A stretch of 64,000 nt of DNA from Leucoraja erinacea (Eukaryota), in contig NW_026576484.1 of assembly GCF_028641065.1 (NCBI RefSeq), forward strand, positions 1 through 64,000, given 5' to 3'. Positions 1 through 13,561 of this stretch are shown piece by piece. Position 1 is the stretch's first letter; each line of letters starts with the position of its first letter. The position numbers and the translations under genes are program-made. A model generated the notes under the pieces. It saw only the letters and a list, made by a program, of their open reading frames with translations. It had not been told where the DNA came from and ran no database searches.

Positions 1-122
1 GTCGTTTCACTGAAAACTACCGTCCAATCTGCGGTCGATCTGACGCACAGCAGCGCAGAAAAACTCGCAGCGGTTGTGAATTCTGCAGAATGACCAGCGG
101 CTCCGTGTGATCCGTGTCTCGG

Positions 123-131
123 CACTTCCTT
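123..131 (-). promoter_or_regulatory. Ets/PU.1-type site (AAGGAAGTG) just upstream of the receptor ATG
   Basis: cacttcctt about 15 nt 5' of the ATG; motif match only. Confidence 0.3.
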
Positions 132-144
132 CACCAAAATCAAA

Positions 145-193
145 ATGTCATCGTTTGCAAAATTAATCTACACACTCTGCCTCTTTCTCCCAG
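145..193 (+). CDS. VJ-C1 IgSF receptor exon 1, signal peptide (MSSFAKLIYTLCLFLP/G)
   Basis: aaaATG at 145; hydrophobic 16-codon leader; consensus donor CAG|GTAAGT at 193/194; phase 1 joins in frame to the V exon. Confidence 0.88.
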
Positions 194-975
194 GTAAGTC
201 ATTCATGTTCACCCTTGCCAACCTCTGTTCACGTTGTCTTCCGATAACTTGTTTCTTTCTATGCCTTTTGCAATAATGTTTGTTGCTTTTTTGCCGTCTT
301 TTAGAAATTTCATGTGTAATTTATGTTCAATTTGTTTTTGAATATGTGTTTGTTTCAGTGTAAGTGTATGTGATGCTGTTGCAAGCAAGATTTTCATTTA
401 GACACAAAAGCAGAAATTGAACATGTAGTTAAAATAAGTTTGTCAGAAAGTTAACTTTAATTTAAGACTAAATTTAAGCGAAGGGTTCCGACCCGAAATG
501 TCACCCGTCATTTTTCTCCAGAGATGCTGCGTGACCCGCTGAGTTACTCCAGCACCTTGTGTCTATCTTAAATATAAGTGACACAAGGAACTGTAGATTA
601 ATGTAAGTTTACATGAGGACGTTAACGTAAATAAATGTAAGAGACACAAGAAGTGCAGATGCTGGAATCTTGAACAAAACACAGTACTGGAGTAACTCAG
701 CGGGTCAGGCAGCATCTCTGGAGAACATGGACAGAAGGCGTTTCGCGTCACGACCTTTCTTCGGATATGTTCTCCAGAGATGCTACTAGCGTCTCCAGCA
801 CTTCGTGCCTGGCTTCGATATAGATCAGCATCTGCAGTTCCTTCCTACACAAGTGGTTACAGGTGAGAGGGGGGGGGGGGTTTAATTGGGCCTGGACCTC
901 ACTGTCCTTGTGCCCATGATAGTAAACTCGAGTTACTCGGAAGACGTTGTTAACTATGTTCACTTTCCGTGCCAG

Positions 976-1311
976 GGTCCGCTGTCGGTGTGAGGGTGAA
1001 CCAGTCTCCTGCTGCTCTGACACGTCTCCGAGGACAGACAGCTACGTTCACCTGCTCCCTGCTACCTGGAGAGGGGGAGATAGTTTCAATGAGGGAATTC
1101 TGGTTTCGGACGAAAGACAACCCGGAGCTCAGGGACAACAAGACCAAGAGTTTTCTGAAGACAGGCGACCGACTGTCCGTGTCTGTGGGCTCGCTGGTCA
1201 TTCGGGAGGTGACTGTGCACGATGCAGACACTTACCATTGTGTGGTACTGATTGGTGATACATTGCCCTGGAAAACGTTTACAGGAAACGGAACCACATT
1301 ACATATCCAAG
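976..1311 (+). CDS. VJ-C1 IgSF receptor exon 2, V-set domain with germline J-like motif (NKp30/SIRP-like)
   Basis: Acceptor ttccgtgccag|, donor CAAG|GTAATT; V-frame motifs V-x-Q-S-P, G-x-T-A-T-F-T-C, FWFR, DADTYHC and G-strand FTGNGTTLHIQ, all in one exon. Confidence 0.95.
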
Positions 1312-1989
1312 GTAATTAATATAATAATAAACAGGAACAGGCCCTTCAGCCCACAATGTTCGTGCGGCCCATGAGGCCAAGTTAAACAAACATGTGTCTA
1401 TCCAAAAGTCTCTTAAACTCTACGATCGAATCTGCCTCCACAGCCACCCCGAGATCTGATGCGATGGAGTTGGTGAATCACACGAATCCCAAGTTCCCCA
1501 ACCCGAAACGCCGCCTGTCCATTCTCTCCACAGATGCGGCCTTAACCGCTGAGTTCCTCCAGCATTTTGTGTTTTGCTTAAGACTGCAGCGCCTGCAGTT
1601 CCATGTCTCTACTTCTATTTCATTCCTGCATTTCATCTCTCTCTATTAATGCTCATTTTCCGGCACAAACCAGCCCAGTCTGACAAAAGGTCCCGAACTT
1701 AAACGTCATATATCCATGATTTCCAGAGATGCTGCCTGACCCGCTGAGTTACTCCAGCGCTTTGAGTCTATCTTTGGTAAAAATAAACCTCGCATCTACA
1801 GTTCCTCCCGTCTCCCTAACGATACTAAATAGATAATGAAAACACCATCAACCGAGGTCGCAGTGTTTATATTCCCAACATGTCTAGTGTTGGCATTTAA
1901 TTCTCTTGATTTCCTTACACGGAGGGAGTGTGGAAACAAAAGCATCTTTGTTTCTCTCAGTTTTCTCTAGATTCCCTCTTGACATGACC

Positions 1990-2633
1990 CTGAAGTCGTC
2001 AAGTTGGGAAAAGGGGAAGTACAACGGGATCTGGGGGCCCTTGTACATCAGTCTATGAAAGTAAGCATGCGGGTACAGCAGGCAGTGAAGAAAGCGATTG
2101 TTGGCCTTTATAACAAGAGGAATCGAATATAGGAGCTGCTGCAGTTGTACAGAGTCCTAGTGAGACCACACCTGGAGTATTGTGTGCAGTTTTGGTCCTC
2201 TAATTTGAGGAAGGACATTCTTGCTATTGAGGGAGTGCAGCGTAGGTTTACGAGGTTAAATCCCGGATGGCGGGGCTGTCGTATGCTGAGAGAATGGAGC
2301 AGCTGGGTTTGTACACTCTGGAGTTTAGAAGGATGAGAAGGCATCTCATTGAAACATATAAGATTGTTAAGGGCTTGGACACGCTAGAGGCAAGAAACAT
2401 GTTCCCGATATCGGGGGAATCCAGAACTAAGGGCCACAGTTTAAGAATAAGGAGTAAGGCATTTAGAACGGAGACGAAGAAACACTTTTTCTCACAGAGA
2501 GTGGTGAGTCTGTGGAATTCTCTGCCTCAGAGGGAGGTGGAGGCAGGTTCTCTGGATGCTTTCAAGTAGGAGCTAGATAGGGCTCTTAAAAATAGCGGAG
2601 TCATGGGATATGGGGAGAAGGCAGGAACGGGGA
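1990..2633 (+). mobile_element. CR1 LINE 3' fragment
   Basis: [38 protein letters not shown]. Confidence 0.9.
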
Positions 2634-4005
2634 ACTCGGCGGTTAAGGCAGCATTCGTGGAGGTTTGGTGTTGGGGAACTTGGGATGTGTGTGAGGTCCC
2701 CACCCCACTGTATCAGCGGACAGTGGGAATGGTCGCACACATCCCTAACGCTTCATTGAAGGGAGGCAGCTACAATGCAAACGTGCGGCCGCTCTCCCAT
2801 CGCCCACGGGCTGGCGAGAGGGAGCCCGACCCGACCAGACTCTGCTAAATAATTCTGGCAACGTGAATCCATCTTCTGACCAATCTCGGCCCGGAAAGTA
2901 CCAGATGTAACACAAAATGCTGGAGCTACTCATCGGGTCGGCCCGTATCTGTGTGCGTGTGTGTGTGTGGGGTGGGGGGGGGGGGGGGGGAATAATTTAC
3001 CGATTCACATTGAAGGCTTCCAGCCGAAACCTTCGCCCTGAGACACAAGGAACCGGAGGGGCTGGTTAAAACAAAGACGCAAAGTGTTGGAGTAACTCAT
3101 CGAGTCAGGCAGCATCTCTGGAGAACATGGACCGTCATTCTCTTCCCACGAATCAGGCCTGTCCGGCTGAATATTTATATGTTCTGTTTTAGATGTCCAT
3201 CATCTGCTTGGATTTAGTTTACCGTCTACATATTCACTTCCATTTCATGCATTAAAATGCACAAAGTGCTGAAGGAACTCGGCGGGTCCGGCAGCATCTG
3301 TGGAATGAATGGACAGGCGGCGATTCAGACCGAAGAATGGTCCCGACCCGAAACACCGCCTGTCCATTTCGCCCGCTGATTCACTGTGATTATGGCTGAT
3401 CATCCACAGTCAGTATCCCCTTCTCCCCATATCCATGGACTCCGCTATCTTTAAGAGCTCTATAACTCTCGCTTGAAAGCATCCAGAGAATGCCTCCACT
3501 GCCTTCTGAGGCAGAGAATTCCGCAGATTCACAACTCTCTGGGAGAAATGTTTTTCCTCATCTCCATTCTAAATGGCTTACTCATTATTCTTAAAAATTC
3601 CAGCATCTCCAATTCCTTGTGTCTCCACGTCCATTTCATTCGCTTCCTGTATTTTTCTCTCTTATTGTGCATTTTGAGACACAGACTGAAGAGATGTAGT
3701 CTGTAGATGTAACCCGACCCGAAACATCGCATATCATCCATGAAGAGTTACTCCAGCACTTTGTGTCTCGTCAGCTGTTCATGTTCTCCACAGATGCCGC
3801 CTGACCCTCTGAGTTACTCCAGTACTTGTGCCTTTCTTTGGTATAAACCAGCGTTTGCAGCTCCTCTTTATTCCGCTAATAATCCATTGAATTACTTGGT
3901 TGCTCCTTAAGCAGGTGCACGGCGTGCCGTGTTATCATAGTTGCTTCATGCATGACTGAGAGCGACAGGAAGATTCACACCGTGTTATTTTCCTACTTTA
4001 CGCAG

Positions 4006-4305
4006 CGAAGCCTGATATCTCGCTGACCCTGGATGCCGGGGTAAAAGGCGCAGAGACGCGGAGCCTGACTTGTGTGGCCGCCGGATTCTTCCCGAGGGAG
4101 CTGAACATGTCCTGGGCTGTCGTGGGCCAGTTGTCCTATGAAACAGAAGCGGGGCCGCTGAGGGAGAATGAGGATGGAAGCTTCAACGTGAGCTCCCGGC
4201 TGCGGCTCACCGGCCCTCGGCTAGAGGCGGGCATGGTCGTCACCTGCCTGGTTCAGCACCTCACGGGGACGGGCTCGGTGAGCAAACGTTTCCCTCCCAT
4301 CCCAA
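4006..4305 (+). CDS. VJ-C1 IgSF receptor exon 3, C1-set domain
   Basis: Acceptor tttacgcag|, donor CCAA|GTAAGT; phase 1-1, 300 nt; AKPDISL...LTCVAAGFFPRELNMSW...NEDGSFNVSSRL...VTCLVQH matches C1 hallmarks (CxxxGFxP, W, NxDGxF, CxVxH). Confidence 0.95.
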
Positions 4306-4679
4306 GTAAGTGGCTTGAATGAACGTGGCAGTCAGCGTCCTCCAATTACTGAAGATACACAGAGTGCTGGAGTAACTCAGCGGCTCAGTTACTGCCGAGT
4401 TACTCCAACATTTTGTGTCTATCTGCGCCGTAAACTAACATCTGCAGGTCCTTCCTACACATGTCCAAGGTTGCAAGGTTTAATAGTACATGTGTACACA
4501 TTTGTTAAACGTAGCCACAATGAACTGCAGATTCTAGATTACAAAAAAGACACAAAGTGTTGAAGTAACTCAGCAGCGTCTAGTAGCATCTCTGGAGAAC
4601 GTTGAACGCAATTGATAAACCTGATCAAAAGTGTATAAGATCACTCAATGTGTACAATATCAACTGCAAATATGTATTT

Positions 4680-5045
4680 AGACTTTAGAGATACGCGGCA
4701 AAAGGCATTTCGGCCCATCAGCGATCACCTCATACACTGGCTAGACAAACACACGCTGGAGGAACTCAGCGGGTGAGGCCGCATCTATGTAGAGAAAGAT
4801 ATGCGACGTTTCGGGTCGAGACCTTTCTTCTTAAACACATCATACACTAACACTATCCTGCACATTGGGGACAATTTACAATTTTACCGAAGCCAATTAA
4901 CCTACAAACTCGTACGTCTTTGGAGTGTGGGAGGAAACCGGAGCACCCGGAAAAAAACCCACACAGGTCACGGGAAGAACGTACAGACTCCGCACATCCA
5001 ACACCCGTAGTCAGGATTGAACCCGCGTCTACTGCGCTGTAACAG
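4680..5045 (-). mobile_element. HE1-type tRNA-derived SINE with a Penelope-derived insert
   Basis: Reverse complement of the SINE core (ccgggtgctccggtttcctcccacactccaaagacgtac) shared with 25381-25660. Confidence 0.75.
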
Positions 5046-5241
5046 CAACTCAAGTACAGTTCATCTGTGCATCGATAAATATATATATACATATTTGAGT
5101 TGCTGCCATATATATTATATATATGTATGTTTATGCATCGATGATATCAGCACAATATATATATATATATCTTTCTTCATTATTATTTGAAACATTTACC
5201 GTTACAATACGGCGTAAGTGCTTTATCATATCAATATATTA

Positions 5242-5605
5242 ACCATATAACCATATAACAATTACAGCACGGAAACAGGCCATCTCGGCCCTACAAGTCC
5301 GTGCCGAACAACTTTTTATCCTTAGTCCCACCTGCCTGCACTCATACCATAACCCTCCATTCCCTTCTCATCCATATGCCTATCCAATTTATTTTTAAAT
5401 GATACCAACAAACCTGCCTCCACCACTTCCACTGGGAGCTCATTCCACACCGCTACCACTCTCTGAGTAAAGAAGTTCCCCCTCATGTTACCCCTAAACT
5501 TCTGTCCCTTAATTCTGAAGTCATGTCCTCTTGTTTGAATCTTCCCTATTCTCAAAAGGAAAAGCTGATCCACATCAACTGTCTATCCCTCTCATCATTT
5601 TAAAA
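5242..5605 (-). mobile_element. CR1 3' end with (ATATGGTT)n tail
   Basis: TRGHDFRIKGQKFRGNMRGNFFTQRVVAVWNELP; tail repeat aaccatat. Confidence 0.9.
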
Positions 5606-7129
5606 TGATGACATTATTATGTACATCTTGTACCCTGTATTTTAACGGTAAATGTCTCAAATAATAATGGAAGTTGAAGAAAGATGTATAAAATTGATAC
5701 TCGAGAAACTGCAGATGCTGGAATCTTGAGCTGGAGGAACTCAGCATCTGTGGAGGGAATGGACATGAGTCGTTTCGGGTCGGAACCCTTCAGCCCACAG
5801 ATGCTGTCTGACCCACTGAGTTCCACCAGCACTTTGTGTTTTGCTCAAGATTCCAGCATCTGCGGTTCCTTGTGCCTGCAAATTTCATATTGTTTAATTA
5901 ATTTAATTTATTCTGCGTTCATCGACGCACAGATGGGATCTCGACAAAAAGGGTTTAGGTGAATATATAAACTATAAACAAATGCAGCGGGTCAAGCAGC
6001 ATCTGTGGAGGGAATGAACAGACGACGTTTCAGACTGACGAAGGTTCCCGATCCAAACATCGTCTGTCCATTCCCTCCACAGATGCTGCCTGACCCGCTG
6101 AGTAGCTCCAACACGTTCTGTTTTGCTCAAGATTCCAGCATCTGCCCTTCCTTGTATCTCCATAAACTATACACAATACTTAATTATTTCCACTTCAATT
6201 TCGCTCCTGGTGCCCCACCGGTTATAGTGTTGCTGTTAAATCAACTTGGTTTCTTTACAAGGACCGTGGAATATGGTGGAACAGTGGGAAAATTGCTGGA
6301 GTAACTCAGCGGGTCAGGCAGCATCTCTAGAGAACATGGATAGGTGATGTGTCGGGTCAGGACCCTTCTTCAGACTGAATATTATGAAATATTGTAATGT
6401 ATACGACTCCTATGAAGGCAGCGTTGTGATGTTGCTGAATTTTTGAATTATACAAAGACAGATAGGAATGTTGATTGTGAATAGAATATATGAACAAGAA
6501 AATAGATGTGAAGTCTAGCATAATGTGGGGGGGGAAAAGGCAAAATTGTATATTTTGATGAGAAAACAAAAGCTTTTTGCTGTATCTCAGTCCATGTAAC
6601 AATAAACTAAACTAAACTAAATTAAAACAAAAAAGTTAAAAATATTGACACAGGTTTTGACCTGAATCGTTGAATCTGATTTTCTCTTCACAAATGCTCA
6701 TGATCTTATGAGCATTTAATTTTTTTATTGAGGGTGGTGTGAGCTGGATCATGCTGCCAGGGGTGGTGGGGGAGGCAGATGCGATTTGTGGTGTTGGAGG
6801 TTAGAGGTTTTGATAGGCACATGGATTTGCAGGGAATGGAGGGATGTGGATGATATGCAAACAGAGATTAGTTTAACTTGGCATCATGTTCTTCATAGAC
6901 ATTGTGGGCTGAAGGACCTGATCCTGTATTGTTATATGTTCTACTTTAGAGTAGTTTACTTGTTTTCATTGGTCTATCTTTGGTATAAACCAGCATCTGC
7001 ATTTCGTTCCTACATTCTCTATCTATCTATCTGTCTGAAAAAGGGTTGCGACCCGAAACGTCACCTACAGTATTTCTTTTCTTTAGAGATGCTGACTGAA
7101 CCGCTGAGTTACTACAGCAATTTGTGTCT

Positions 7130-10100
7130 ATCTTCCACTATTGCCACTTTTCCCCCAGGAATATCACCCTGGAAAAAATTCCCCTGCAACCACAAGAGAT
7201 GCAACACCTGTCCCTATACCATCTCCCTCGACTCCGTCCCGGGATCCCGGTAGTCCTTTCAGGTTAGGCAGAGGTTCACTTGCATCTCCTCCAACCTCAC
7301 CTACTGTATCCGTTGTTCAAGATGTGGACTCTTATGAACTGATGTTCTGACCTACCTCATAGCACATCATATTATATTATATTGTCTCCTGGGCCTGTGC
7401 AATTTACAATGCAATCGACACTTTTTATATAGGGTTTGTGTAATTTACAATGCTCTCACTTTTCCCTTTATATAGGGTTTTAGGCATTTTCTTTCTTTTT
7501 TAGTTCTAGAGAAGTATATGTTTTTATAGATTATGTGTCTTCTGTGTGTCTTTTTAACTTGACGTGACCTGACTCTCTGAACAACCGCGCAAGAGTTCCT
7601 ATGTGTGTAAGCACAAATGGCAAATACAATTTTTGACCTTTGACCTTGACCTTTATATATCGGCAAGACCAAATGTAGACTGGGCAATCATTTCGCTGAA
7701 AACCTTCTCTCAGTCCGCCTGGCCCTACCTGATCTCCCAGTTGCTAAACACATTTAATTCTCCTTCTCATTCCCGCTCTAACCTTTCTGTTCTAGGCCTC
7801 CTCCATAATCAAAGTGAGGTTAAATGGAAATTGGAGTAATGGCCCTATTTATTTTCGGTGATGGAAACATTTCAACTGGGTGAGACGTTTTGCACATGGG
7901 TTAAGCTTTTATACACTAACCCAACAGCTAGCATAATGACAAATCAAATGTTATCAACAAAATTATATTTATCTAAAGGTTTCAGACAAGGATGCCCGTT
8001 ATCTCCATTATTATTTGCCCTTGCTATTGAACCACTAGCAGAAAGTGTTCGAACACATCCAGAAATATATGGGTATAATACTAAAAATACAGTTAATAAA
8101 ATCTCTCTATATGCAGACGATGTATTACTATATATTACAAACCCACAAATCAGCATTCCAAACTTGTTAAATCTTATAACTCAATTTGTTTTATTTTTGG
8201 GATATAGAATTAATTGGAATAGTGCTTAAAAGTTACACTTAAAAGTGAGATTATGCCAAGTTATACATATTGCAACAATCACCTTTCAGAATAGTCAAGG
8301 AAAAATGTAAATACCTAGGAATTTATGCGACCATGAAATATACTTCTTTATTTAAATCAAATTTCATGCCTTTACTTAATAAATTGCATAAGAATATTCA
8401 ATATTGGAAAACACTTCTCATTTCAATGCTCGGTGGATTTAACGCTATAAAAATGATTTTCCTTCTGCAATTGCTATACCTTTTACAATCAATTCCTATA
8501 AATCTCCCAAAATATTTATTTTAAAAAGTTGACTCCACAGTGACAAGTTTTATTTGGAATTATAAGAACCATAGAATAAGCAAAAAACACTTATGCAAAT
8601 CCAAGACCAAAGGAGGATTAGTTTTACCAATTTTTTTATTTTACTTTTGGGCAGTCAATGTCAAAAATATGAATTTTTGGTTGGACGATATGGATCAACA
8701 ACCAGACTGGTTAAAGATGGAAAAGGAAGACTGTTTGCCTTTTGAAATTGGTCCGATTCTGTTAGCTCCCACAAAATTGAATTTAAAAATCTATAGTGAA
8801 AACCCTATAATATATAGTGGTATTCGAATTTGGAAACAACTAAAAAAGTCATTAAAATTGGATAATTTATCACTTTCTCTCCCCATTGCAAATAAACCTT
8901 TATTTAAACCCTCAGTGTTGGATAAAGGGTTTGTACAATGGAAAAATCATGGAATTAAAAAGATGGGACATGTTTATAGAAATTGTATTTTTCTCGCGTT
9001 TCAGGAGTTACAACAGAATTACGGATTACATTCAAATAATTTTTTTAGATATTTACAACTTAAAGATTATGTTAAATCGCATACACGAGAACACAGAACC
9101 AGAGAGCCAGAGATTTGAGATGAATGTTTGAATAAACACCCTAACACAGTCAAATTAATATCTCACATTTATAATACTTTTATAGACAGTGAGAATCCGT
9201 CGCCGGAATTATACAGAGAAGCATGGGAAAAGGAATTAGCTCAACCTATAACGAAAGATATTTGGGACAAAAGCCTACAACATATACACCAATGTTCGTT
9301 AAATGCCAAACATTCTTTAATTTAATTTAAAGCACTACATAGACTGCATTATTCTAAAACAAAATTAAATATAATGTTTCCTAATATCTCTCCTCTCTGT
9401 GATAAATTTCAATCCCACGTGGCTAATTCAACCCATGCTTTTGTAATCTGTAGTAAAATTAAAAATTACTGGATGGATATTTTTTAAATAATCTCTGTAG
9501 TTGTCAATATCCAAATCGATCCCGATCCTAAATTAATAATATTGGGCATATCAGAACAATACCTAAACCTCAGAATAAACCAAAGAGATTTCCTTCATTA
9601 CAGTATAATAATTGGGAAAAAATTGATATTAAAATTTTGGAAAAACCCAACAACCCCCACAATCAAGATGTGGATTATGGAGATGTCGGAGACCTTACAT
9701 TTGGAAAAAATTAGATTTGTCTTAATTCACAAACCAGAATTATTTACTAGAATATGGTCTCCATTTATAGATTATTTGAAGGGGTAAATTGGACCGGCGT
9801 GGAGGCCGGACTGAAGCCTGAACCCAGGACTAGATGAATAGTTATGTTCTCTGGCCCCAAGTTGTATTATTGATAGTTTATCCTATTTTTCTAATTTCCT
9901 TCTTTCTTTCTTTATTTTTCCTATCTATAAATATAAATAAATAATTAAAGGCAATGTTAATGTGTAACCGATAAAGGAGGATCCCAGCTACATTGGTAAC
10001 TGGCTCCCTGGAAACCTGGATAGTTAATATGTAACCATTAAACAAAGTCTGTACTGGTTTGGATTATGATATGCAGATGCCTCTAATAAAAATGTATTTA

Positions 10101-10200
10101 AAAAAAAAGGAAATTGGAGGAACAACATCTCATATTACGCTTGGGCAGCTTACAACCCAGGGGTATGAATATTGAGTTGTCTAACTTCAAGTAACCCTTG
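7130..10200 (+). mobile_element. Penelope-like element GIY-YIG fragment, interrupted by two insertions
   Basis: CNHKRCNTCPY, QRFTCISSNLTYCIRC, YIGKTKCRLG and, after the L1, KLEEQHLILRLGSLQPRGMNIE. Confidence 0.8.
7837..10108 (+). mobile_element. 5'-truncated L1/Tx1-type LINE (degenerate ORF2, RT to C-terminus)
   Basis: GFRQGCPLSPLLFALAIEPLA, ISLYADD, KYLGI; AATAAA and A-tail; 11-bp TSD ggaaattggag at 7826-7836 and 10109-10119. Confidence 0.92.
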
Positions 10201-10845
10201 AATTCCCTCTCTCTCTCCATCCCTCCCCATCCAAGTCACAACAGCTTTTTGTTCTCACCTAGCTACAGCTAACAATGACCTGTTTCCTTTATCTCTTGAC
10301 ATCATTGCCGGTATCTCTTGTTTCCCTTTCCCTTAACTTTCAGTCTGAAGAAGTATTGACTCAAAACGTCACCCATTCCTTCTCTCCACAGATGCTGCCT
10401 GTCCCACTGAGTTACTTCAGCATTTTGTTTCTATCTTCGATTTGAACCAGTAGTTCCTTCCTATGAAATTCTGCTCCTCTCTATCGTCTAATTTGCTCCC
10501 TGTTCTCACGATCGGTCCTTGACCTGTTTCTTTAACTTTGTTTCCCTTTACACATTTTTAGATTAGATTAGATTAGATCCTTTATTTGTCATTCAGAACG
10601 AAATGTCATTGCCTGCAGCCATACATGTAATAATAAACAACAAAACACACAATAAACACAAATTAACATCCACCACAGTGAGTTCACCAGGCACTTCCTC
10701 ACTGTGATGGAGGCAAAAATCTTAGGGTTACTGTCTCTTCCCTCCTCTTCTCCCTCTGCGCTGAGGCGATATGCTGTTACCCCACCGGGCGATGGTAAGT
10801 CAGTCCCGCGGCTCACCGAGCTCCGCGAACGGGACGGTTCACGCT

Positions 10846-11705
10846 CCAAGAGTCAAGAGTCAATTCAAGAGTCAATTTAATTGTCATTTGGACCCCTAGA
10901 GGTCCATACGAAATGCCGTTTCTGCAGCCATACATTACACACAAATAGACCCAGACACAACATAATTACAATTTTACATAAACATCCATCACATAGCTGT
11001 GATGGAAGGCCAAAAAAAACTTATCTCTCCACTGCACTCTCCCCCCCCCCCCGATGTCAGAGTCAAAGTCAAAGCCCCCGGCTAGCGATGGCGATTGTCC
11101 CGCGGCCATTGAAGCCACGCCGGGTGGTGCGAGGTCGCACACCGGGTCTTGGTGTTGGAGCCCCCGGTGTGCACTCGTAAAGTCCCGCAGCCGTTCCAGC
11201 CGCGCGGGGCAGTGGTGTAAGGCCCCGCTCCAGGAGCTCTTCAACCCCGCAACTCGGGCGGGAGAATTTGCCGTTGTAGGAGCCCCGAAAAGCGGTCTCT
11301 CTCCAGGGATCCGCCGGCTCCCGGCGCCGCTGTCCGCAGACCCGCAGCAGCAGCCCCCGACTCAGCAGCAGCAGCAGCAGCAGCAGCAACCCGCTCCAGA
11401 CTCGGCCAGCTCCGCGACGGCGACGGTGAGTAGCACCTGAGTCCCCGGTTTCCTCCTGTTGGAGGCCGCTCCTCGTTACGGCCTCAACGACAACGGAGCC
11501 CGACGAGAAAAGGTCGGGTCTCCAGTGCAGGGAGAGATTTAAAAAGTTTCCCCCCCCCCCCCCCCCCACCCCACCCCCCACCCCCCCACACACACACCCC
11601 AACATAAAATAACAAAAACTACATTAAAACACAGACAGAAAATAATAAAAACGCGGACAGACTGCAGAGGCCGCTGCTGGCCAGAGCCGCGCCGCCTACC
11701 GGATC
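10846..11705 (-). mobile_element. Non-autonomous GC-rich retroelement, copy 1, with (TCTTGA)n tail and (CTG)n
   Basis: Colinear with 16623-17528 and 28649-29443; 3' end tgacaattaaa plus tandem tail; related partial copies at 10560-10845, 11705-12340, 31550-32205. Confidence 0.8.
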
Positions 11706-13084
11706 ACCGGAGGGCGGCCCGGGGTGGTCGAAGCTGCCGCCCTCCAGTCCAGCGGATGCAGTTGTTGCCATGGGAGCTCCGGAAAACAGGCACTGCCTGT
11801 GACCTGCGAATTCCCGACGATTTCGTCCACTGGCCCGCGGCCGAGCCCCAGATTCAGGTCGCCGCCGCCAGAACGCCGCCTCAGCTATCGGAGCGCCGTC
11901 CCAGCCCTGCGCCGGGCCGCCCTCACTGGAGCGCCATCTCAGCCCCGAGCGTCGAGTTGTGCCGCTGCCACCGGAGCATCTCAGCCCCGCGCCGGGTCGC
12001 CCTCATGGGAGCGTCGAGTCACTGGAGCGCCCGAACGCGGCCACAGCTCGAAGACGGCCAGCCTAGCTCCGGAGCCTCGAGGTCGGTCGCAGGTTGGAGG
12101 CCGCCAGCTCCGCCATTAGGCCTCAGCGCAGACGGAGGCAGAGAAGGGGGATATGACAAGAAAAAGTCGCATTCCCCCGAAGGGAGAGACAGAAAGCCCT
12201 GTTTTAGGCCCCCCCCACCCCACACACATAACACAACCTAATAACCAAAAATGTAACTAAACAAGACAAAAAAAAACAACACAAAAAAGTAAAAACAGAT
12301 GGACTGCAGGAGAGCCGTTCAACAGCGCCGCCACTTCCGGAGCCTGACCTGCTGCATATTTCCACCATTTTCTTTCTTTTCGTTAATTTTTTTTTTTAAA
12401 CCTTCTTGTTGTAGATTGGTTACTTTACTTACTAACCAATGTAGTGCTTTATTATTATATGGCAGGAGACAGCATTTATCCTCTGTGACTTGGGAGATCT
12501 TGGTTTCATAGTAAATGATTTACTGAAGCCAGTAAGCAGATATAGCAAATCAATGTGAATGCTATATAGTGGAAATGTCAAGGACTAGAGGACATAGCTT
12601 CAAGGTGAGAGAGGCAAAGTTTAAAGGAGATGTACGGGACAAGTTGTTTTAAACAGAGGGTGGTGAGTGCCTGGAACATGTTGCTAGTAGTGGTGGTGGA
12701 GGCTGATATGATAGTGGCATTTAAGAGGTGTTTAGATAGGCATGTGGATGTGCAGGGAATGGAGGGATATGATTCACGTGCAGGCAGAGAAGATTGGTTT
12801 AACTTGGCTCCATGTTTGTCACAGACATTGCAAATTGAAGGGCCTGTACTATGTTCTAAACTCTATGAGGTTGGCAGATTCCGTACACAACACATTCCAA
12901 GACAGACCACTACATAAAGGATTCACTGTTGATTTTGCATAATGATTTTTCCTTGTTGTTTGGTTTATAAGGGGCAAAGTTTAACAAAGATGTGCACGCT
13001 GCCAGGGGTGGTAGTGGAGGCAGATATGATAGTGGTGTTTAAGAGGCTTTTAGGAAGCAGTTACGCAGCTGATTTTCCAATATA

Positions 13085-13561
13085 CCTGGGGTGTCCTGGG
13101 ATGTCAGGACTTTCATATGAAGAAAGACTGGATAGACTCGGATTGTACTCGCTAGAATTTAGGAAATTGAAGGCGGATCTTATAGAAACTTACAAAATTC
13201 TTAAGGGATTGGACAGGCTAGATGCAGGAAGATTGTTCCTGATGTTGGGGAAGTCCAGAACAAGGGATCACAGTTTAAGGATAAGGGGAACTCGTTTAGG
13301 ACCGAGATGAGAAAAACATTTTTCACACAGAGAGTGTTGAATCTCTGGAATTCTCTGCCACAGAAGGTAGTTGAGGCCAGTTCATTGGCTATATTTAAGA
13401 GGGAGTTAGATGTGGCCCTTGTGGCTAAAGGGATCGGGGGTATGGAGAGAAGTCAGGTACAGGATACTGAGTTGGATGATCAGCCATGATCATATTGAAT
13501 GGCGGTGCAGGCTCGAAGGCCAAATGGCCTACTCCTGCACCTATTTTCTATGTTTCTATGT
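13085..13561 (+). mobile_element. CR1 3' end with (TTTCTATG)n tail
   Basis: GMSGLSYEERLDRLGLYSLEFR, FFTQRVLNLWNSLP. Confidence 0.9.

Noticed and set aside
976-4305. Rearranging TCR/IgL locus
   Set aside because: V and J-like motif lie in one exon, there is no heptamer-spacer-nonamer nearby, and the TM and ITIM tail are unlike TCR/IgL
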